Under the pieces are notes generated by a model. That model saw only the letters and a list, made by a program, of their open reading frames with translations, searched no databases and had not been told where the DNA came from. DNA of 64,000 nt from Diadema antillarum. Lineage: Eukaryota. The stretch lies in assembly GCF_040938485.1 (NCBI RefSeq), contig NW_027272293.1, positions 310,001 through 374,000 of the forward strand, given 5' to 3'. The first letter of the stretch is position 1. Each line of letters begins with the position of its first letter. The position numbers and the translations under genes are program-made. Of this stretch, positions 56,471 through 64,000 are shown piece by piece.

Positions 56471-59400
56471 GAGATTGAGCAGTAAAAATTCAGCAGGTCG
56501 TCCTCAGATGACCTTAGGTCCTACCTACCAGGTCACCTCCCTAGTCCTACCAAGGAGCTTCTTGGAGCTTCTTGAAGCTCCTTGGTCCTACTGTCTTGTC
56601 CTTCATTCGTCTACACCGGCTCCATTTACAGCTAGATTACAGATCTAACAGTGAGTCTAACGTTAGTGTGAACCTCAGATAGATCCAAGACAATGCAAAA
56701 TATTAATTAAAAAAAAAAGCCAAGTTGTGTTGTGAGTAGGCCCTACAGCTATTGTGAGATCGATTATTTTATCAACTGATGGGCTCCACACGAGTAGATT
56801 CTATTTAACACAACAGGTTAGATGTGTTCTCCAACTATAAATCTACATGTAGTATCAAAGAACATTCAGAATACCCCCCCCCCCCCAAATTTGTCTATTT
56901 TATTGTCTTTCCAATGTAATGCACGATGGGGAGCAACACTGTCTATGAGTATGAACATTGTAAGGATGACTAGACCCTATAAATTTTTGGTGATAAAATC
57001 AGAATCAGAATTGCGCAATCAGAGAGTCCAGTTTGCTACCGTACGTTAAGGGATCCATATTACACTACAGGCTACTTGGCCATTGGGGAGAACAGATGGA
57101 TTCAATACAATTTGTAGACTGGACTCATTTATATTATGTTTATGAATTATGGCTGCCAAAATCAAGTAAACATGACCTGCCAAGACAAAAGGATCTGAAA
57201 GTCACTGACGGCTGAGTTTGAAGTCAATCATATCATCAAAATCGGTCAAAATCACAAAATTTCTGTTTTTGGCATGATGTTGTAATCTAAATGTTTCATC
57301 TATCATCTGCCGAAATTTGGAGCTAAATGATCAAGGGAAAGGCACAAAATTAGCATTGTTTTGGGCCATGATTTTCAGATTTTTCAGTGAAACAGACACA
57401 TGTCCGAAGATTTGGATTTAGCGCTGCAGATCGACTCCGCTCCTAACAACAAGGGAGTAATCTTATTGGTCATTGTGGAGCATCCTGGTTACTAATTGGT
57501 CATGGTGCTCAGCTTGAATTAACATCGGGGAGCTTGCTATGAGCAGACCTTCTATTGTTCAGAGATGAAAACTGTTGTTCCTCCCCTTGATCACGATTGT
57601 GTCGGAAAGAAAACTTTGAAGGCGGTTTTCACAAAACGCTGATTTCCTAGATCGCTCGACATGGTCTCAGAAAATATCTCCGCAACAGAGTACTTTTATG
57701 AGTCGTGTTATGTATGAAATCAAGGCGGAAGAGTGAGGGAATAATGTCATGTCATTTTCAGAAAATAGACCTCCCTTTACTTTCGAATCCTTTTGTTGTA
57801 GCGGGTTACAAATATTGTAACTACAAATCAGGTAGTACTCTGGAATCTGATTCAGCTGCTTATACCTCCACTACTTTTTGTATCATATCAAGATTCATCC
57901 ATCCTAAGTGTACGGAGAGAAAGAGATGAGAAAAAGAAAGGTAGAGGAAGAAAGGAAGTCTAGTCAGTCATGGATACCATCTGTCTAAATACACTCTGTT
58001 AAATATAGTACTATAGTGCTAGCTTTAAGGTCACCATCGATAGAATTGAGGTACCGGTACCGATAAGAGATCAAAATATATGCATATTATATCTCCTGAA
58101 AAAAAAAAAGAAGATATATACATGCATGTGTGTGACCCATCACATCAAAACCAGCCACAATTCACTGGTACCACAACCGAGAAAAATCAGATTTTATTTG
58201 AGGTACCGATAAGAAATCAAAATTCTGATTTGTGGCTGATAGGGTTTTAACTACCACTAGCTCAAATTTCAAGGTGTCACGCTTACCAGAAAAGTGTGGA
58301 ATATGTGATTATTTGTAGGCATTTTTCAGCTCGTCAATTTTTGCTGCACAGCTTGAGCAAGGTCTTTGCGCGCCGATTTCACAAGCTCTGCCCCGAGCAA
58401 CTGCTCAAAGCTGATTGGCTGGTGATGACGTATTTCACTGAAGTCGTTCATTGCCAAAGTGCAAGTTACAAAAGAACGATTGATCGTAAACTCAGAGCGT
58501 TATTGTTTCTATTGAAGAGACGACTTCAGCGTAGTTGAAGCAAACAATAGACAGCGTGTGCCCAGGGTGTAATCCCGTAATCGGTTGTGGTCCTTACTGT
58601 TGCTTGACAGGTGCGCCCCCCCTTGCTTGGCCAATAGTTCTGAATGGCGCTGCTTTTGTTCTTTTTCAAACGAACACAGACTTTGATGTACCCCACGTAC
58701 TGGTGACTGGAGACTGAGTCACGTACTTGCAAGCAAAATAACATGTGCCGTAAGCTGCCCTAGAAGCCCGTTATTTTTTTAACACTAATTAAGACAGAAA
58801 ACCTGCTTCGATCTTTTTGAAATCTTATGAGTATGAAGTCATGTGATGCATTGTGCGAATGTTCATAAGTAATGATTCTAACAAAACTTATGGTTGCTGA
58901 GGAGTTTATGTACGCAACATTTTCTGTCCTGTTTGGCCAGTAAACCGAGAGCGAACTTTAATAGCAGAGACTGTAACTCTCCCGCTTGAGATTTATTTTC
59001 TCCCACCCTGGCTCTTTGTCTCCCGCTTGTATGGTTGTGTAGATGCCAGTCAATTTCATAATACACATGCATGTATAGCATCTACACATATTATATGAAA
59101 TGAAGTTTTCTTAAGCCAAAATGTATTATTTGATTCATTGAATTATTACTTACTTATTGCGATCGTATGTTGAAAATAAGCCTGAGATAGCACGAGAGAG
59201 TATCTATAGCACCCTATAATGACCCAAGGGACTTCGTGCACATCAAGTTAGAGTCTCCCTTTTGCCATGGGTTCAGGCGGGAGAATCTCCAGATCAGAAG
59301 GTGCTTGGGGTTGGAGTCTCTGTAATAGTGATTTTCTCTGTATTTTGTTGTCACAAAATTCCTATGTTTGCCACTTTCAATTTGAAATATCTCTGCTCCA

Positions 59401-59573
59401 GCTTTGCAGTAAATTTTCTCGTACAAATAAAAGCAGGGTTTTATTGTGTATATTTGGCACTTTCTTCACAACTGGAGCTTTAGAGACTTGAGCAGTAGCG
59501 TGGGGAAACATCGGGGAGTTCAGTTGAACCAATTTTCATATGCTGCCTACCAGAGTACATTACAAAGCGACTA

Positions 59574-59800
59574 ATTACCCATGGCAGGGGGTTATGTAAA
59601 GGGTTCCGTATGTTTGTTTGTTTGTTTGTTTGTTTGTTTGTTTGTGTACAAGATAACAAGAGAACGGGCAAACAGATTTGCACCAAATGTTCTGGGAATA
59701 TTTGGATAGTGACAGGAAAGAGTCAATTAGATTTTGGTGATAATCGGTTGACCCCTGCAAATTCTGTGTGACCTTGTAGTTTTGACCATATGATGGGGTG
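59574..59800 (+). mobile_element. Helentron/DINE-like repeat fragment with a (TTTG)n tract
   Basis: aattacccatggcagggggttatg...(gttt)n gtgtacaagataac...ttagattttggtgat parallels the layout of 46587-47071. Confidence 0.45.
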
Positions 59801-62800
59801 ACCGCTCCAAACATTTTCCTGTTTCTTACTTTGCGATTTTCCGCTACCATAAGAAAACAGAATTCCCAGACGACGGACTTCGCTGCTCAAATGTTCGTAA
59901 GAATTCCGAAATTTATGTTTATTTGAGGGACTAGTCCTTCTGAATTTGTAAAAATTTTGTGAAAGTTCGCTTTCCGTCGTCACAAAATGGCCTGTATTTG
60001 GTGATTTTTCATATTAATATTGATTCCTTTTTCGTTGGAGGAACATTCCTCAATCACAGAAAAATTTTGCTCAGTCCCAGTCACACTGCAGTGCGTATGC
60101 TTCCATTTCATTGTGCACTAACTATACACAGCCCTGTCACTGTACACAAGTGTCGTGCTGGCGCACGGGGCCGCCGTGCTTTCTGGTTGGGCTAGTAGTG
60201 CACTATCTCACCCGGCGAAATTTGGACACAGCACCAAGATCACCGCTTCGCACTCTTTTTCATTGTAGAGTGTTGTGGTGGATGTGACGTAAGTTCAAAC
60301 TTTGGCAATTTTGCCGTTCACCAACAAAAACAATTAATTTTGTTCTGACAAACTAACAGAAAGGCCGTATGCTCCAATTCGTGAAAATTTGTGCCGCGAA
60401 TATATCATGTTTTACAGTATTGATGTTCTCGTATCTAATTCTTAAATGTTTGCAATGAAGAGCACCCCTCAGCAAATTAATGCGTGCATTGAAGCATGTG
60501 CTCCTCGGTAACGGTCAACTCCAGTTGACATTTTTCGGCTATACATACACACATAGAGATCAGTCATTCTTGAATATAACAAGAGCTGTGCCAGCCTACC
60601 CACTCTATGTCTGTGGTATCCTCAGGCTGATTGGTCTTTAAATATACCCTAAGATAGGATAAGTGACAATTAGGTCAGAATTTCCCAGGTGAGGAACACC
60701 CATCTGTAGGTATCCTGCTTGAAAGAAGGCAACAGAAAGAAAGAGAGGAAGATCGAGAGAGCATGTGAGAAGATCCATCTTCTAAAGATACAAAGCATGG
60801 CATGTGATGGATTTCTAGTTGACCTATCATGTGTTTATCCAACTATTATGGTGGCATGACTGGCAAGATTTTATTTTGTGAGTAAAAAGACTGGCAGACT
60901 AGCTAAAAAGAAAAAAAAAAACCTTCAGAATTCAATGTGTAGGTTGCTAATTGCAGAAGCCCCTTCTGTTGGCCTTGATTTTCGTACTGTTTTGTCCAAA
61001 AATTGTGTGAGATCAGAATAATGTAGGTGTACGTAAATCCCATCATATTCATTTGTATAGTACATGTAAGCTTAAGTAATTCTTACTGGCATGCTGTACA
61101 ACATTATGTTCATCTTCTTGATAATGAAAAGGAACATGTAGAACAAGGAAAATGTGAATTAACAGATGAATGGTACCTGTACCATTCAACACATTTACTC
61201 TTGTACCGGTTTCATCTCCAAACAGTATTGGCAAAGTCGTTCACCACAAATCCATGTTGAACACACACGCCAGGGTTGTCAATGAAATGCATGTGGATAC
61301 GTTAAATGTGTTCATATCCAGGATCCTACAGTGGCACTCTATCACTAGAAAATGGTGTAACTAGCACGATCCAAATTTTCTCGCTGGGGTTGGATCACGT
61401 GTGAATGTGTAGGTTGCTATGGAAATCTCCTGGGCGAAGGTTTTCGCTACATGTCTGTTAAAACAGTACCTTTGCTATCTCCTGAATTTTCATTGCCCAA
61501 GGCTAGGAATTTTGTTCTTTGGAGGTGAAGCGGACATTGAAAAGGCTGTGTCAACCCATTTCATACTGAATTCTGAGATCTTCAGAGAATTAATGCCCAG
61601 GCCATCAGGTACCCATAGGTAATGGGTTAAGATAGGGTACCAGCAATGGGATGACAACTGTGAGGATGTCTTCATGCACTTTTTGAAGCTGAACTCGCAT
61701 AATGAATCATGATTAAAACATGTTTCAAAACAGCTCCATGCAATTTGATGTTTATGACTAATCTGCCCATTCTTATGAGCAATGCACAACTATGAGTGTG
61801 AAGTGCACAGTTTTAACTAGGAAGTAAAGGTCAGCTTTGGTGTAAGTGAGTGAGCATTTCCTTAATTTCGTAATTTATCTTCTTTGTAATTCTTTCGTGG
61901 TGTGGGTCTTTCTTTCATGTCTGCAATCATCTTTATTTTGTATCATTCTCTAAGCAGTCATATTTCTCTTGTTGTCTTCTCACATTTTCTCATCTTTCCT
62001 CATGTAATTCTCTGTTTTCTTTAACCCTTCAACTTTCAATTTAGTTTTTTGTTTTTATCCAATCTTTTTCTATTCATGTTCCTTTTCTTTCCTTTTCTTT
62101 TTCCTTTCAACTTTACTTGTCATTCCCTACCATTTTTATTTTCTTGTTTCTCTTTGCTTCATCTTTGCATATGTTTGCTTCTGGGAGGTGATTGTCCTTG
62201 GAAGGTAGTTGTGTTGGTTAACTCTATATGTGCCATGGTATAAACCCCCAGTGTCCCACATTATTCTGACATAGTCATGCTTTCTGAAAGCATTCTGTTT
62301 TTCAAATCTGTGTAACTTTTACAGATTTTTGTTACCCTGGACATGTAATGAGCAGAGTTAATGCAAAAATGATAAGCCTTGCTTTGATGTACATTGTATG
62401 ACAAATCTATGATTGTTTTTTCTTTTAAATAATCTACGATATTGTAGAGGCGTGACTTTTGCACACAAAACAGTGACAGAAACCTAGAATTTACTTGCAA
62501 ATCCAGTAGGGAACACCACCTGATAGTCAGTCACCATGTGAAATGCAAGCTACATGTGACAGAAATAGAATCGTGATAAATGCTTCATTGTAGTGTGGGA
62601 TTTGGCAATTTATAGATCAGTTTGGGCGGGTTTGTGTATATGAGCAGAATATGCGAACTTGGCACATCGGCGACTTAGTCGTGCGTGCAAACGTGGCACA
62701 TAAAGAATTAATTGTCGGGGTCAGGGGCGGGTCAACTGTGGTAAGGGGTAGTTGTCCTGCCTGATAAGTTGTCCAGAGGGTAATTATGCAGGGGGTGGGT

Positions 62801-62832
62801 AAATGTCCTAGAATCATCGCAAAGAATTATGA

Positions 62833-63148
62833 ATGTGTACTTGGCCGTATACCTTCTCTGTGCCCTGGATGACAGCAGTCCCTCAGCCAGTGAAATCAAT
62901 TAAGGAGGTAAACCGTAGGCATTAAAGCGGGCAACAAAAAACTGAACAAGATCATCTCCAAACTTAGCAGAAATGATCTGGGAGAGGTAGTATCTTAAGA
63001 CAAGGGTACGCTTGTATCCATGCCGGCTGGAGGAGATGTTGGTGCTGGTGGTGGAGCAGCAGGAAGTAGTGGAGCAGACACCAAGGAGGAGAAGGAGAAG
63101 AGTCAGGAAGAGTCTGATGACTACATGGGCTGTGGTCTCTTTGACTAG
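62833..63148 (+). pseudogene. RPLP2: Processed pseudogene of 60S acidic ribosomal protein P2
   Basis: Intronless. Reads YLAVYLLCALDDSSPSASEI.. (frameshift) VGIKAGNKKLNKIISKLSRNDLGEVVS*DKGTLVSMPAGG...EEKEKSQEESDDYMGCGLFD*. The YLL..PSA N-terminus and LNKIISKL are P2-specific; SDDxMGxGLFD is the P-stalk tail. It has stops and frameshifts. Confidence 0.88.
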
Positions 63149-63253
63149 AGATGACTATGGGGCTGTGTTCTCTTTGACCAGGGATGACTACATGCAATGG
63201 GCTGTGGTCTCGTTGACTAGGGACGACCACTTTAGCTCTGGTCTTGCGGCCAT
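63117..63253 (+). repeat. Tandem repeats of the RPLP2 3' coding end (about 33-37 nt unit, 3 clear plus 1 degenerate)
   Basis: atgactacatgggctgtggtctctttgactag / atgactatggggctgtgttctctttgaccag (63151) / atgactacatgcaatgggctgtggtctcgttgactag (63184) / acgaccactttagctctggtcttg (63223). Confidence 0.85.
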
Positions 63254-63380
63254 ACCACAAAAGAACAAAAACATCCATAAACTGTTGTGATTATCAATAT
63301 TCAGACTCAGCCTGCACAAATGACTCTATCTTTCCACCACCTGTGTGTCATTTGTTATATTGCTTTCAATGGTTGCTTAA

Positions 63381-63464
63381 GCCATTGAGGACATACCGAT
63401 TTTGCTATAACACTCATTTCCATAGACACCTATCTGAGTATACTCAGGACTCATCCTCAACGGG
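63381..63464. mobile_element. Degenerate copy of the 85-bp piggyBac-type MITE
   Basis: ttaa-gccattgaggac...gattttgctataacac.catttcc.atagac...gagtatactcaggactcatcctcaacggg-taa. Confidence 0.75.
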
Positions 63465-64000
63465 TAATAAAGTTATGATCACAGAAAACAGAAAAAAAAA
63501 TCATAGCTTGTTAGCTTGAGACAAAATAAGGATAATATTCATTTATTTATTCTATCTATTCATTGCATATTATGATAGCAGAAAGAAAAAGAATTATGAT
63601 ATAACATTACTAAACCCAGATGTTGTTATTTTCAAGAAATAACTTGACATAATTTTGCCCAGAAAGATTGCTGTCTCAGTTTGGTAGTCTGGGTTAGTTT
63701 TATGTAATTACGTACAATGTATGATTATATATATATATATGTATGTATTGCATGTCCTTTGAAAACAATAAATGATGATTTAAGTGCAGTAGTGAGCATC
63801 TGTGTTTTGACAGTCGCTGTTCTGTGTACACTGCCAACAAATCGGGAGTGGGGTTTTGTTGATCTGGAAGTAATCTTCAGAGGTGAAGTGTTCCAATGAA
63901 TAACACTACAAGCAAACAAGTCTGAAACCTGTACACATACAATAGCTTCTGCCCCTTGTATCACCAAATACATTTCAATCAAATTAATCTCAATGTTATC

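Noticed and set aside
58400-58744. Cys-rich ORF (VCPGCNPVIGCGPYCC) and clustered CCAAT, TGACGT and TGAGTCA motifs
   Set aside because: The ORF has a non-ATG start and no splice support. The short motifs are expected by chance or from repeat interiors.
63012-63290. 92-aa ORF with repeated WAVVSLTRDD
   Set aside because: It is an off-frame reading of the RPLP2 pseudogene and its duplicated tail.
1-64000. tRNA, rRNA, snoRNA or U12-type introns
   Set aside because: I recognised none by eye; a tRNAscan-SE/Infernal run would be needed to exclude them.

Overview
Eukaryotic, intron-rich and repeat-rich animal DNA; an invertebrate deuterostome such as an echinoderm is my inference from the repeat types and composition. 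The window is dominated by one + strand gene, a giantin (GOLGB1) orthologue. I reconstructed it by hand as 22 phase-compatible coding exons from ATG 8732 to TAA 48983 (about 3,300 aa), including a 4,647-bp exon, one GC-AG intron and a C-terminal transmembrane tail anchor. The left edge holds a disrupted, multi-exon - strand gene of unknown family that runs off the window. The right end holds a processed RPLP2 pseudogene whose C-terminal coding segment is tandemly repeated. The rest is a dense set of transposon remnants: a Penelope-like retroelement whose 3' tail carries a minimal hammerhead ribozyme motif (two full copies and one partial), TTAA-flanked Kolobok/T2-type foldback MITEs, 85-bp piggyBac-type MITEs, Harbinger-type MITEs, two abutting Tc1-type elements (one with an internally deleted transposase), Helentron-like and Crypton-like elements, and a three-layer nested insertion whose order can be read from target-site duplications. 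I found no tRNA, rRNA or CRISPR, and no convincing wholly new multi-gene system. The best leads are the hammerhead motif, the unknown frameshifted gene and the nested insertions. All family assignments come from recognised motifs; no database search was run.
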